From Candidatus Bathyarchaeota archaeon (GTDB lineage Archaea > Thermoproteota > Bathyarchaeia > Bathyarchaeales > Bathycorpusculaceae): a stretch of 64,000 bases of DNA. Below are positions 10,517-21,557 of the stretch, one piece after another. The notes below the pieces were generated by a model. That model was not told the origin of the DNA and made no database searches. It saw only the letters and a program-made list of their open reading frames with translations. How positions within the stretch are numbered: position 1 is the stretch's first letter; each line of letters starts with the position of its first letter. The position numbers and the translations under genes are program-made. Where the stretch lies: assembly GCA_963815095.1 (NCBI GenBank), contig CAWFFH010000005.1, forward strand, positions 105,359 through 169,358, in the 5' to 3' direction.

Positions 10517-10628
10517 GCCTAAGAATTATTTGCCTTGCTTAATAGGGTAGTGCATACTCAGCGGCTTAAAAGACAAAAGAAAAAAATGAAACCCCTTAAA
10601 TGAAGGGGCTGAGGGTTGCCTCGAACGT

Positions 10629-13409
10629 TTAGGTGTGATCGTGTTTGCTTTGGTCTTCGGTTGTTTTGCTGAAATGCCTGACGAAAAACTTGCGGATTTC
10701 CTCAGCGAAAACAACTAATATAGCTAGCGAAATCAGGAATATCCAGTCCGTGAGACCCAGTGCGGTGGTTCCAAAGAACTTTTGCATCAGCGGAACATAC
10801 ACCAAAAACGCCAAGATTGAAAGCTGCGATACTATACCCACAACTATCCACTTGTTGGTTTTGAGGCTTGTTTTAAAGATAGATTGTCTGCTGGTTCGAC
10901 TTGCCAACACGTTTCCGGCTTGTGCAACAACAATTCCTGCAAATGTCATCGTGACACCTTTAGCATAAACCCCACTTGTATAGAACGAACTATCCGAAGT
11001 CAATGCCATACCGTAGTGCCAGCCTCCAGCCATCCAAGCGCTCAAGCATCCATACATGGCGCCTATTGCTATGATTACGCCGATGTAGAGTGAGCGCCCA
11101 AAGACTTTGCCTGTGAATAATCGTTCTTTGAGGCTTCTTGGTGGCTCTTCCATTATTCCTGCTTCTGGAGGTTCGCGGCTAAGCGCCAAGCTGGGAATAA
11201 CGTCTATTGCTAAGTCGATAGCCAAAACTTGTACTACTAGCAGCGGCAATGGAATTGCCAAAACTGCGTAGAGTACATAGGGGATTAGTTCCGCCCAGTT
11301 GTGGGAGAAAACGTAAACGATGAACTTGCGGATGTTCTCATAGATTGCCCTGCCTGATTCAACCGCTTTAACAATTGATGCAAAGCTATCATTGAGCAAG
11401 ACTATGTCGGCTGCTTCACGGGCAACGTCTGTGCCTGAAGCACCCATGGCAACACCTATATCTGCTTCTTTTAGTGATGGGGCATCGTTTGCTCCGTCAC
11501 CCGTAACCGCAACAACTTCACCACTTTCCTTGAGAACCTTAACAATGCGAAGCTTCTGCTCAGGAGAAACCCGAGCAAAAATTACGTTGCCCTTTTTAAC
11601 CTCATCCACAATGGCTTGGTCGTTTAAATCTTCAAGGTCCACGCCGCGTATTACCTGGGCGAAATCCTTTTCGACTATTCCTACGTCCTGAGCTATAGAT
11701 TGAGCTGTTGGACCATAATCACCTGTGATAATAACTGTCTTGATTCCTGCTTGCTTTGCTTTTGCAACAGCGTCCTTTACTTCCGCTCTTGGAGGGTCAC
11801 GCATTCCTGCTAATCCTACAAAGATAAGGTCATTTTCGACTTCTATGCCCTTCTTGTATTCGGATTTGGGCAATTGCTTGTAAGCTACCGCAATAACTCG
11901 CAAACCAGCATTAGCAAATTCGCGGATTCTTGCTTCAATCCACTGCATATTTTCTTGGTTTAACTCGACAATTTTGCCTTCAATGAGAACTTTGGTGCAG
12001 ACATCTAGGATGTTCCTTGGCGCACCCTTTGTGTAAATTAAGACGTTGCCGTTTAATTTGTGAACGGTTGTCATACGTTTTCGCTCGAAGCTGAAGGGTA
12101 AAACATCAAGAATTGGTTTAGCAGCTAGGGCGTCTTGAATGTTAACGCTTGATTTAAGAGTGGCAACAAGCAAAGCTCCGTCGGTTGGGTCACCGATGAC
12201 ATTCCAGTTTCTATTTTTGTCCGATGGCGGATCCAGCTTGGAGCCATTGCAGAGGGCAGCAATCTCAAGAAGTTTCTCTAAAGAAGCCGTTTGCCCAATT
12301 TGCAATGGCTGACCATTTATTGTGAAATCGCCCTCAGGCTTGTAGCCTGCTCCAGATACGTCCACTACGTAATCAAAAACCCACAGCTTGTTAACTGTCA
12401 TTTCTCCTTTGGTGATTGTGCCTGTTTTGTCGGTGCAAATGACGGTTACGCTGCCCAAAGTTTGTACAGCCGACAGCCGCTTAACCACCACGTTCTGCTT
12501 AACCATCTTTAGCACATTGATGGCTAGGGCACTGGAAACTGTAACTTGCAAGCCTTCAGGGACACAACATACCATTACTCCAATCATGAATAGTATGCTT
12601 GTTGGTAGTGGTACTTTCAAGAAAAGAAAGCTGGCAATAAAGAAAATTGTACCTACGACTACTGCTATAATAAAATCGTACTTTGCTGTTAACGCTATTT
12701 CTTTTTGGAGAGGACTTTCTTCTTCCTTAATTGTCTGGGTTAAACTTGCGATTCTGCCAAACTGTGTTTCCATGCCTGTTGCATAAACAACTGCTTTGCC
12801 TTGACCTTTGGCAACACTAGTGCTCATGAAAACAAGGTTAGGCGAATACAAGTATGCTTTTTCAACAACTTTAGCTGGTTCAGCAGCACGAGGTTGGGGT
12901 TCAGATTCTCCAGTTAAAGGAACATTATTTGTCCATAAATCAAAAACTTCCATCAAGCGTGCATCCGCTGGAACTCGATCGCCTTCCTCCAAAAAGACAA
13001 TATCTCCTGGAACAATTTCTCTAACTAAGATTTTTTTGAGTTCGCCATCTCGGAAAACTTTGGCGTATTCAGGCATCCAACTTTTGAGGGTTTCCATCGC
13101 TCTTTCCGCACGCGATTCTTGGAAGATGCTAACGAAAATGTTCACTAATACTACAGCTAGGATGATTAAGGCAAGTTCAGGACTGCCACTTGCATAAGAG
13201 AGAACGGCTGCAACAAGTAGTAGGATACCGAATAGGTCTTTGAGGTGTCTGATGAATTTGTGTATTAATGGGATTTGTCTTTTTTCAGAAAGTTTGTTGT
13301 AGCCATATTTTTTGAGGCGCAATTTAGCTTCTTGGCTTGTTAATCCACTTGCTGATGTGTTTAGGTCATCGAAAACCTTGTTAATAGGCATAGAAGCAGC
13401 TTTTTCCAT
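10629..13409 (-). CDS. cation-transporting P-type ATPase (type II)
   Basis: TGES, PEGL, DKTGT, KGAP, TGDGANDAP motifs. Confidence 0.93.
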   Translation of the reverse strand: MEKAASMPINKVFDDLNTSASGLTSQEAKLRLKKYGYNKLSEKRQIPLIHKFIRHLKDLFGILLLVAAVLSYASGSPELALIILAVVLVNIFVSIFQESRAERAMETLKSWMPEYAKVFRDGELKKILVREIVPGDIVFLEEGDRVPADARLMEVFDLWTNNVPLTGESEPQPRAAEPAKVVEKAYLYSPNLVFMSTSVAKGQGKAVVYATGMETQFGRIASLTQTIKEEESPLQKEIALTAKYDFIIAVVVGTIFFIASFLFLKVPLPTSILFMIGVMVCCVPEGLQVTVSSALAINVLKMVKQNVVVKRLSAVQTLGSVTVICTDKTGTITKGEMTVNKLWVFDYVVDVSGAGYKPEGDFTINGQPLQIGQTASLEKLLEIAALCNGSKLDPPSDKNRNWNVIGDPTDGALLVATLKSSVNIQDALAAKPILDVLPFSFERKRMTTVHKLNGNVLIYTKGAPRNILDVCTKVLIEGKIVELNQENMQWIEARIREFANAGLRVIAVAYKQLPKSEYKKGIEVENDLIFVGLAGMRDPPRAEVKDAVAKAKQAGIKTVIITGDYGPTAQSIAQDVGIVEKDFAQVIRGVDLEDLNDQAIVDEVKKGNVIFARVSPEQKLRIVKVLKESGEVVAVTGDGANDAPSLKEADIGVAMGASGTDVAREAADIVLLNDSFASIVKAVESGRAIYENIRKFIVYVFSHNWAELIPYVLYAVLAIPLPLLVVQVLAIDLAIDVIPSLALSREPPEAGIMEEPPRSLKERLFTGKVFGRSLYIGVIIAIGAMYGCLSAWMAGGWHYGMALTSDSSFYTSGVYAKGVTMTFAGIVVAQAGNVLASRTSRQSIFKTSLKTNKWIVVGIVSQLSILAFLVYVPLMQKFFGTTALGLTDWIFLISLAILVVFAEEIRKFFVRHFSKTTEDQSKHDHT

Positions 13410-14040
13410 GTTATTCCGCCAAAATCTTTGTTACTTTGGTTTTAAGTCATCCTCGACAAAATCTGAAGATGAAGGATGCTAAGGGCACATGAAACAATGC
13501 GTTATTTTGATGAACTGGAAAGTTATGATTCATTAATATCCTCGATAGCTGATTTCATGACGCCATTTTTGGCGATTGTTTTTGAATTATTATCGATTAT
13601 TGCATTTAAACTAATCGCAGATAAAAGTGTATTTAACTGACAAGAAATAAAGCAGAACAATGAATATTGTGCAAACGCCTTCTCGTCCATTTAATAGTTT
13701 CGCTCCTTAAGCTCCGAATACTTGTTAAGCAGAAAAATAAAACTGATTTATTCTTTTTTGCGAATTAGCCTTAACCAACTTGCAAAGTCCAATTAACCGC
13801 GCGCTTTTTAGTTCGCACTGTCTTCGACAGGACATTTTCTGAGAAAAAACGCTCAAAAAGTCATCAAACGTCAATTTTTTACCTCAACTGTTTTCAAAGA
13901 ATCATGCCATAAGGTTAATAGGCTACAAACTCACTTTCCATGTAGTTTACCAATTTCAAGAGAGAGTAAATAATGCTTCAAATAATTAAAAAACGAGTCT
14001 TTCAAGTAATAAATTCAATTAATTTGGAGTTTGAATAACT

Positions 14041-16257
14041 ATGGCGCGTTATAGGCAAACTGAAGAAATTGTAAAACTGATGGAAACACCCATTTTTATA
14101 CGCAATACCAGCATCATCGCCCACGTTGACCATGGAAAAACAACCCTCGCCGACAGCCTTCTAGCATCGGCAGGAATCATCAGTACCCAAACAGCAGGAC
14201 AGAAACTGTTCCTCGACTCATGGGACCTTGAGCAGAAACGTCAAATGACCGTTTTCGCGTCAAACGTCAGCCTCGTCCACACTTACCAAGAAAAAGATTA
14301 TCTAATTAACTTAATCGACACACCAGGCCACATTGACTTTTCAGGCGCAGTAACAAGAAGCCTGCGAGCAGTTGACGGCGCACTCGTGGTTGTCGATGCA
14401 GTTGAGGGACCAATGACTCAGACTGAAACCGTTCTAATGCAAGCCCTAAGAGAACGCGTAAAGCCAATTCTATTTATCAACAAAGTTGACCGATTGATCA
14501 AAGAAATTAAACTTTCTCCCCAAGAAATCCAGAAGAAATTTGCAAAGATTCTCCTAAGAGTTAACACTTTAATCGAGAAATATGCACCTGCCGAGCACAA
14601 GAAAGACTGGCAAGTAACAATTGAAGATAGTCGTGTAGCATTTGGGTCAGCCCTTCACAAATGGGGTTTAAACCTCGATCATATGAAAATGAAGAAAGTC
14701 TCCTTCCAAGACATCATTGATGCTTACACTGGTGACCCAATTGAAGTCGGTAGAAAAGTCGATGAACTCAGCAAAAAAGCACCATTGCCAGAACCAATCT
14801 TGGACATGTTCTGCAAACACTTACCAAACCCACTTGAAGCACAGCCCTACAGGCAGCCCCAAATTTGGCCAGGCGACGTAGACTCACCAACAGGTCGGGG
14901 AATGGCAACAGTTGATCCTAAAGCACCGTTGCTTATGTGCATCTCCACCATCGAAGTTGACCCACACAGCGGAACAGTTGCAATCGGCAGAATTTTCAGC
15001 GGTTCGATCGAGAGAGGCAAAACCGTTCAACTTTTAAGCAGCAATCAAAAAGGCACTATTCAACAAGTTTTCATGAGTATGGCCACTGATCGTGTTCTTA
15101 TTGACCGTGTTCCAGCAGGCAACATTGGAGCTATTTCTGGTCTTCCATCCATCCATGTCGGAGAAACCATTGCTGAAGAAGGCCAAGTAGTTCATTCTTT
15201 CGAAGGCTTAAATTACGTTTCAGACCCAGTCGTAACTGTTGCTGTTGAACCAGAAGACGTCAAAGACTTACCCTTATTCGATAAAGTCATGCACAAACTC
15301 ACAACTGAAGACCCCAACTTGCACTTCATTATGAATAAAGAAAGCGGCGAATTCCTCTTGTCCGGTATGGGTGAACTTCACCTTGAAATCACCGCTTACC
15401 GAATGCAGGAAGCAGGCTTAAAAGTTAAACTCAGCAAACCAATCGTCATCTTCAGAGAAACCATCAGTCACGATTACAAGGGACCAGCAATCATGGGTAA
15501 AAGCCCTAACAAACACAACAAACTCTGGATAACCATCGATAAACTCTCACCAGAAGTCATCGAAGCAATTAAATCTGAAAAAATCACTGACATGCAAAGC
15601 CGAGATGAACGAACCAAAACTTTAAGGGCACTTGGCTGGACACCAGACGAAGCCAAAGGCGCTGTAGCAGTTGAAGAAAACTGCATACTCTGCAACCGAA
15701 TCAGAGGACGCCAATATGTAGAAGAAATCATTGACCACATAAAGACCGGGTTCCGAGAAGCAGTCCACACATCCCCCCTCGCTAAAGAACCAGCTTACGG
15801 CTTAAAAATCAACTTAGAAGACATAACCCTTCACGAAGACCCAGTCCACCGCGGCCCCGCTCAAGCTATCCCCATGACTTGGAGGCCAATCTACTGTGCT
15901 ATTCTCTTAAGCGATCCGAAACTGCTTGAGCCATTGATGAGTTTTGAATGTAAAGTTCCAAGCGAATATGTTAGTGCCGTCATCACAATGCTAAACAAAC
16001 GACGCGGAAAAATTCTCGACATGCCCTCAGAAGACGACATAATCACCGTTAAAGCAGAAATGCCAGTTTCCGAAAGCTTCGGCATAGCTGACGAATTACG
16101 TGGTTCAACTTCAGGAAGAGCCTTCTGGGCAACACAGTTCGCTCGTTGGGCATATGTTCCAGAGCAGATGCAAGCTGAAACTGTAAAGAAGATCCGCGAA
16201 CGTAGAGGATTACCACCAGTTCCACCAAAGGCAGAAGAATACTTCGAAAAAGAATAA
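14041..16257 (+). CDS. elongation factor 2 family GTPase (probably the divergent paralog aEF-2p)
   Basis: AHVDHGKTT, DTPGH, NKVD, GMGELHLE, HEDPVHRGPAQ; switch I reads RQMT instead of RGIT. Confidence 0.9.
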   Translation: MARYRQTEEIVKLMETPIFIRNTSIIAHVDHGKTTLADSLLASAGIISTQTAGQKLFLDSWDLEQKRQMTVFASNVSLVHTYQEKDYLINLIDTPGHIDFSGAVTRSLRAVDGALVVVDAVEGPMTQTETVLMQALRERVKPILFINKVDRLIKEIKLSPQEIQKKFAKILLRVNTLIEKYAPAEHKKDWQVTIEDSRVAFGSALHKWGLNLDHMKMKKVSFQDIIDAYTGDPIEVGRKVDELSKKAPLPEPILDMFCKHLPNPLEAQPYRQPQIWPGDVDSPTGRGMATVDPKAPLLMCISTIEVDPHSGTVAIGRIFSGSIERGKTVQLLSSNQKGTIQQVFMSMATDRVLIDRVPAGNIGAISGLPSIHVGETIAEEGQVVHSFEGLNYVSDPVVTVAVEPEDVKDLPLFDKVMHKLTTEDPNLHFIMNKESGEFLLSGMGELHLEITAYRMQEAGLKVKLSKPIVIFRETISHDYKGPAIMGKSPNKHNKLWITIDKLSPEVIEAIKSEKITDMQSRDERTKTLRALGWTPDEAKGAVAVEENCILCNRIRGRQYVEEIIDHIKTGFREAVHTSPLAKEPAYGLKINLEDITLHEDPVHRGPAQAIPMTWRPIYCAILLSDPKLLEPLMSFECKVPSEYVSAVITMLNKRRGKILDMPSEDDIITVKAEMPVSESFGIADELRGSTSGRAFWATQFARWAYVPEQMQAETVKKIRERRGLPPVPPKAEEYFEKE

Positions 16258-16386
16258 TATTCTTTTTCTTTAATTTTGAATTTAGTTTTTTTAAAGTAAA
16301 GTTTTTCTTCTCATTATATAGAATCCTGCTTGCTTTTTGGGGTAAGGCTTTAATGCCAATATTGGATTAAGGTTTAGTGACGATTT

Positions 16387-16977
16387 ATGATAATTGGAAT
16401 CTGTGGTAGTCCCCGAAAACAAGCCACCGAACACGTTTTGGAAGAAGCGCTAAAAATGCTGGCGGAGAAGGGTTATGAAACCAAGTTGTGGTCAGTCCAC
16501 GGCAAATGGGTTGACTATTGCGCACACTGCGATTACTGCCTTAAAAACAAGGAATGCGTAGTTCAGGATGATTTACAGGAGCTCTATGCGCTATTGACTG
16601 GTTGCCAAGGCATCATTTTTGCGTCACCTGTCTACAACGGTGGAGTAAGCGCCCAAACCAAAGCTGTTATGGACCGTATGCGTGCGGTACTTGCGGCAGA
16701 CAAAAACTTTTTCAAGGGCAAAGTCGGCATGGGCATCGTTACAGGCGGCGACAGGAACGGCGGGCAAGAGTTTGCTCTTATGCAGATGCATTCATTTTTT
16801 ATAATTAATGGAATGATTCCGGTAGGCGGTGGATTCTTTGGCGCGAATTTAGGTGCAACTTTCTGGTCTAAGGACACCCTTGAAGGCGTCAAGCAAGATG
16901 AGGAAGGCTTCCGCAGCCTAAAGAAAACCACAAAACGGTTCGCTGAGTATTTAGAACTTTACAATAAAAAGCAATAA
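16387..16977 (+). CDS. iron-sulfur flavoprotein (Isf/flavodoxin family)
   Basis: GSPRK, CAHCDYC-x5-C, ASPVYNG, GGDRNGGQE motifs. Confidence 0.88.
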   Translation: MIIGICGSPRKQATEHVLEEALKMLAEKGYETKLWSVHGKWVDYCAHCDYCLKNKECVVQDDLQELYALLTGCQGIIFASPVYNGGVSAQTKAVMDRMRAVLAADKNFFKGKVGMGIVTGGDRNGGQEFALMQMHSFFIINGMIPVGGGFFGANLGATFWSKDTLEGVKQDEEGFRSLKKTTKRFAEYLELYNKKQ

Positions 16978-16978
16978 T

Positions 16979-17572
16979 GTGAGTTTTATGACTGAAGTAA
17001 AAGTTAAGAAACGAAAAGTTGCCTGGGGTATCACGGGCGCTGGCGACAAAATCGCTGAAATCATCGAAATCATGAAAGACCTCAAAGCCCAATCCGAAGA
17101 CACCGTGCAAATTGATGTTTACCTCTCCAAAGCCGCCGAAACAATGATAAAATTCTATGGCCTAGAAGAGGAATTAAAGAAGAGTTTTGCCAAGGTAACG
17201 GTTGAGACAAATTCGAATATCCCTTTCCTTGCTGGAATGATGCAGAGCAACAAATACGAGTTCCTCCTGATTATGCCCGCATCCTCAAACACGGTTGCTA
17301 AATTAGTCAACGGGATAGGCGACACCCTAATCACAAACTCGGCAATAATGAGCCTCAAAGCATTCGTGCCCGTCTGGGTTATGCCCGTGGACTACAAAGA
17401 AAGCGTAATCTCCACCAAGTTGCCCAACGGCAAAGATATGAAAATCCGCGTCCGCAAAGAAGAAGCTGATCAAGTCCGCAAGCTGGAAGCCACAGAGGAC
17501 GTGCACGTGTTCGAGAACCCTGAGAAAGTACGGGAAGGCTTTTTGGAGTGGCTAAAAACCATTAAACCCTAA
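16979..17572 (+). CDS. afpA: archaeal flavoprotein AfpA
   Basis: VAWGITGAG, PASSNTVAKLVNGIGDTL, MPVDY, TKLPNGK motifs; directly follows the Isf gene. Confidence 0.8.
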   Translation: MSFMTEVKVKKRKVAWGITGAGDKIAEIIEIMKDLKAQSEDTVQIDVYLSKAAETMIKFYGLEEELKKSFAKVTVETNSNIPFLAGMMQSNKYEFLLIMPASSNTVAKLVNGIGDTLITNSAIMSLKAFVPVWVMPVDYKESVISTKLPNGKDMKIRVRKEEADQVRKLEATEDVHVFENPEKVREGFLEWLKTIKP

Positions 17573-17574
17573 CT

Positions 17575-17937
17575 TTACGCTATGGATTTTTGGAATGCTG
17601 CTGTGTCAAAATAAATAGCGAGCGAAGCTAGTTTTCCGTCTTTTATTTTCCAAATTTCCTCAACCTCGCTTGAGAAACTATTTCCCTTGGGAGAGGTGAG
17701 GTCATAACTAATTAAAGCACAGGCGTTTTCGTTTTCAACAATTATCTGTTTTATTTTTAGGCTTTTTATCATCTTGAAGAAATTGTTGTTGACAAAAAGC
17801 TCCTTTCGTTTTGATTCTTTGGCTACCGTTCCAGTTAGGAGAATTTCTTCCGATAACATTGAGTGCCAGGCTCCTTTTTTTGAAAGACCTTCATAATACT
17901 TCTTTAAAATCTCTTTAGTTTCTGATACAGTATCCAT
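17575..17937 (-). CDS. SnoaL/NTF2-like protein
   Basis: 120 aa; C-terminal EIWKIKDGKL..IYFDT signature. Confidence 0.75.
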   Translation of the reverse strand: MDTVSETKEILKKYYEGLSKKGAWHSMLSEEILLTGTVAKESKRKELFVNNNFFKMIKSLKIKQIIVENENACALISYDLTSPKGNSFSSEVEEIWKIKDGKLASLAIYFDTAAFQKSIA

Positions 17938-18128
17938 TTTTTTACCTTCTAAAAATTAGTCTAAGAGACTCAAGTTTTTTTGGAACTTAAACCTTTTGAC
18001 GACAGCAAGCAATTGTAAATCGAGAACGGAAAAATTTCCTAAATAATCTTTTGAACTACAGCCTATTCAGAACTAAAGAAATAAAAAATTGGTGAGGCTC
18101 AATTTGAGCCAACAATCGTTGGTTTCGT

Positions 18129-18983
18129 TTAGTTGAATTCTTTTCTTTCGAATAGAATCAAGCCTAAGATTGCAGTGACAGCGAAGTATATTGCCATGAT
18201 AGCAATTCCTTCAGGAATTGTTGCGTTGTATGTTGTTAAGGTGGGTCCACCTCCGCCTGGACGTAGGCTGGTTGTGGTCATGTGGAGGGGATAGGGCGAT
18301 GTTAATACGTTGCCGATAATTTGGGAGCCATATGTTAAGATGAACCAAGGCTCAATTTGGACAAGTCCCGCGACAAGTGATTGTATTAGTGTGAATACGA
18401 ACAGGAACAGTATCGCTGTGAGCAAGATAGACATGGAGCTGCTTTTGAAGAGTGAGCTAAAGAAGAAAGTGAACCCAAGAACTGCAACTAGGTACAGTAG
18501 CGCGAACAGTAGTGACTCGCCGAATTGGCTGGGTACGCCTGAGAAGTAGTATAAGCCGTTTCCTAGTGTGACGCTTGTAAAGACGCCAAGTATGGAGATT
18601 GATGCTATGAATGCTGCGATCCATTTTCCTATGTAGATGGATGATCGTCTGATGGGGTTTGGTACTCCGAAGTAACCTGTTTTATTTTGGAATTCGCCTG
18701 AAATTGCGTCGCCGCCAAAGAAGATTCCGGAGAGAATAATCACAAATGTAACTGAGGTGCCCCACCAACTGCTGTAGAAGCCAAGTTCAGAGGTTAGAAA
18801 GCCAGCTGGACGGTAGTATCCTACAAGAACAGTGAGGAGCGCACTTATCAGCGCTGTTATAATTAGCATAATGAAGAATCGACGGGACCTTATGTAGTCG
18901 AGAAGAGTGTACTTGGTGATTATGCCGACTTGGACAATACTGCTTGGTACAACATTTTTTGATTCAAAGTTTGTTTGGGTCAT
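18129..18983 (-). CDS. ABC-2 type transporter permease
   Basis: DAISGEFQNKTG..P..R..I..GK motif, multiple TM helices. Confidence 0.88.
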   Translation of the reverse strand: MTQTNFESKNVVPSSIVQVGIITKYTLLDYIRSRRFFIMLIITALISALLTVLVGYYRPAGFLTSELGFYSSWWGTSVTFVIILSGIFFGGDAISGEFQNKTGYFGVPNPIRRSSIYIGKWIAAFIASISILGVFTSVTLGNGLYYFSGVPSQFGESLLFALLYLVAVLGFTFFFSSLFKSSSMSILLTAILFLFVFTLIQSLVAGLVQIEPWFILTYGSQIIGNVLTSPYPLHMTTTSLRPGGGGPTLTTYNATIPEGIAIMAIYFAVTAILGLILFERKEFN

Positions 18984-18989
18984 ATTTTA

Positions 18990-19931
18990 TCACAACGTGG
19001 CGGTTATGAGTTTAAGGTACACATCTTCAAGTTCCGATGACGCAGCTTTGTAGCTGACAACGCCAATGTTAAGTTTGACTATGTCGTTTAGGAGACGTTC
19101 TTGGACAGCTAATCCGCCTTTGAAGCTTATTTTGAGGTCTTTGTCGTCAATTTTTTCCGCATTAACCACATCTGGTAATACGGCGATGGTTTGGGATACA
19201 ATTTGGGGGTCCACTGGACGTGCTAATCCGATTTCAACAACGTTGTTTCCGCCTGAGAATTTTGCTGTCACATGGGGCAGAGTGTCGTAAACGATTAGTT
19301 TGCCGTGGTTTATCATGGCGACTTCGTCGCAGACATCAGAAACTTCGCTTAGAATGTGGGAGCTCATGAATATGAGGCGGTTTTTCCCTTTGAGTCCTTT
19401 GATGATATCTCTGACTTCGCTCATACCTCGCGGGTCAAGTCCTGTGGTGGGTTCATCTAAAAGGATTACTTGTGGGTCACTTAGTAATGCAGAGGCAATG
19501 CAGATTCGTTGTTTCATGCCCTTAGAAAACTTGCCAATACGCTTGTCAATCCATTCTTCCATGCGTAATTCTGCTGTGACATCTTCCACACGTTTCTTTC
19601 GCTCAACATGCGGTATCCCCCGTATCTCTGCAATCATCGTCAAGGCTTCTCTTGGCGTAAGGGAACTGTAAATTTCTGGGGTTTCAATAAGTGTACCCAC
19701 ACATTCAAGTGCTTCTTTCTTGTGGGTATGCACGTTTACACCGTTTATGAGGGCTTGTCCCTTGGTTGGTTTAATCAGGTCGGTGAACATTTTTAGGGCG
19801 GTTGTTTTTCCTGCCCCGTTAGGTCCAAGGAAACCGACGCATTTTGTGCCCTCAATCTTTAAGTTTAAATCAGAGAGAGCGCAGAATGAGCCGTACTCTT
19901 TTGTTAAATTAATTGCTTCTATTGATGGCAT
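18990..19931 (-). CDS. ABC transporter ATP-binding protein
   Basis: GPNGAGKTT, FSKGMKQR, LLDEPT, SSH motifs. Confidence 0.93.
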   Translation of the reverse strand: MPSIEAINLTKEYGSFCALSDLNLKIEGTKCVGFLGPNGAGKTTALKMFTDLIKPTKGQALINGVNVHTHKKEALECVGTLIETPEIYSSLTPREALTMIAEIRGIPHVERKKRVEDVTAELRMEEWIDKRIGKFSKGMKQRICIASALLSDPQVILLDEPTTGLDPRGMSEVRDIIKGLKGKNRLIFMSSHILSEVSDVCDEVAMINHGKLIVYDTLPHVTAKFSGGNNVVEIGLARPVDPQIVSQTIAVLPDVVNAEKIDDKDLKISFKGGLAVQERLLNDIVKLNIGVVSYKAASSELEDVYLKLITATL

Positions 19932-20188
19932 CGATATCTCTTCTTCGCAAAACGTTACAGAGCGGTGGCTTAAAAGGAATACCCAAATGGGGCAAAGATA
20001 CCTAACGAACCAATTTACAATATGACAACCGAAAATGACGACGCGTCGATAAAAAATTGATTTTCATTTTTTAGGAATTAACTTTTGGTTTGGGGAAAGT
20101 ATTTTAACCCAACGCATTTGTACTTGAGCATCAGCTGTGCAGAGGCTTCAATAAATAATGAAAATTCATCGCTTAAAACTCAGGTAGG

Positions 20189-20740
20189 TTGTTTCACGTG
20201 CCCTTTCAGAGTGCCACAGAATATGTTTTTATGCGATTTTTCCGCTTGTTCATCAAGCTGCCTTTGAGGGGGCTTATCCATTTGTTTTCACAGCAAGTAA
20301 ATTTTACGGATTATTTTGTGGGATTTGAGAAAAACCGTGCGGTCCAAGGAATATTCGGGGAACAGACCGAGCAGGTTCTCAAACGCCTCAAAGTAGATTT
20401 TATCTGGTTCGGTTACATGGGCGTAAACGATGATGACGGGCACTTAATGGTGAACAAACGTTACCTTGCCACTGGACGCAAACTAGACCTCTACCTCGAT
20501 GTTATCCATGAACTCTGCCACGTAAAACAGCATATGAACGGCAGGGAACTTTTTGACCCTCGATACGACTACGTGGACCGCCCAACAGAAATCGAAGCCT
20601 ACCGCTACGCGGCACAAGAAGCCAAACTCATCGGGCTAAACTCAGCCGATATTCGCCTATACCTCAAAACTGAAATGATGAGCCAAAAAGCATTAGAGAA
20701 GCTAATTGGAAACATGGGAGTAGACCTTAAAGAAAACTGA
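20189..20740 (+). CDS. hypothetical protein with HExxH zinc-metalloprotease-like motif (start uncertain)
   Basis: HELCH...TEIEAY motif. Confidence 0.6.
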   Translation: MFHVPFQSATEYVFMRFFRLFIKLPLRGLIHLFSQQVNFTDYFVGFEKNRAVQGIFGEQTEQVLKRLKVDFIWFGYMGVNDDDGHLMVNKRYLATGRKLDLYLDVIHELCHVKQHMNGRELFDPRYDYVDRPTEIEAYRYAAQEAKLIGLNSADIRLYLKTEMMSQKALEKLIGNMGVDLKEN

Positions 20741-21557
20741 TTTTTCAGAAATAAACTTTTAGCCCCGCTATTGATGAGGCCCTATAACCTCAGATTTATG
20801 TTAAATCTCACAGCGACGAAAGAGAGCCTTATACCAAACCGTTCCGTTGAATTGCTAAGCTTTTAGACGAATAAGCGCAGATGGCGTATCGGCTTCTTTT
20901 TTGGAACCGAAACATTTGAATTTTCTTTAGCTTGTTTTCTTCCTTTCTTTGTAGGGCAGCTTATGGGCGATCTTCTGGTTTGAAGAGATCTATGTTGATT
21001 CTTGAAAGTGCCTTAAAACTAAAAGGTAAGGATTCAGTCGGGTTTATTTTTATTTTTTTTTTTAGAAATTATGACCATTTAAATAAACGAAGACACATGG
21101 GACACATTGAGTTTTGGTTGCTTTCAACTTTTGTGGCTTGTGGTTGTTTTGGTATCTGGCCGATTTCTGGATAAGAAACGACTAACTATCCTTTTTCTTA
21201 GTTTCCACATTTGTTATTTCTTATGTTCCTGGGACGATGGTGTGGCTATAATTGCACAAAACGCATTTGAAAAACATAGGATTTCAAAATCATCCCATTT
21301 TTTATACTCTATATTTTGAGAAAAATTCTTCTTATCCTTATGTAAAAAAACTCGGACTTGCTCGGTCAGGGCAAGGTTATTAAAAAGCTAGTGTCTAATG
21401 AATCATAACTGATATGATGAAATGGGGAGACTTGGAAGATTGGCTTGACCCATCTCAGTAGTGTCCCGAGGTTAGTAAAGCTGATAACTTTTCATCTTGC
21501 AAGGAGTGAATAATCTTTCCTTTAAATAATGATGAAGACTTTGACTGCGACGCAATA

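Noticed and set aside
13410-14040. Riboswitch upstream of the P-type ATPase
   Set aside because: No recognizable yybP-ykoY, fluoride or other consensus by eye; an Rfam scan would be needed.
20741-21500. att-like duplicate of the tRNA-Trp 3' end bounding the isoprenoid cluster; short ORFs in this gap
   Set aside because: No convincing direct repeat or integrase found; the ORFs are low-complexity and AT-rich.
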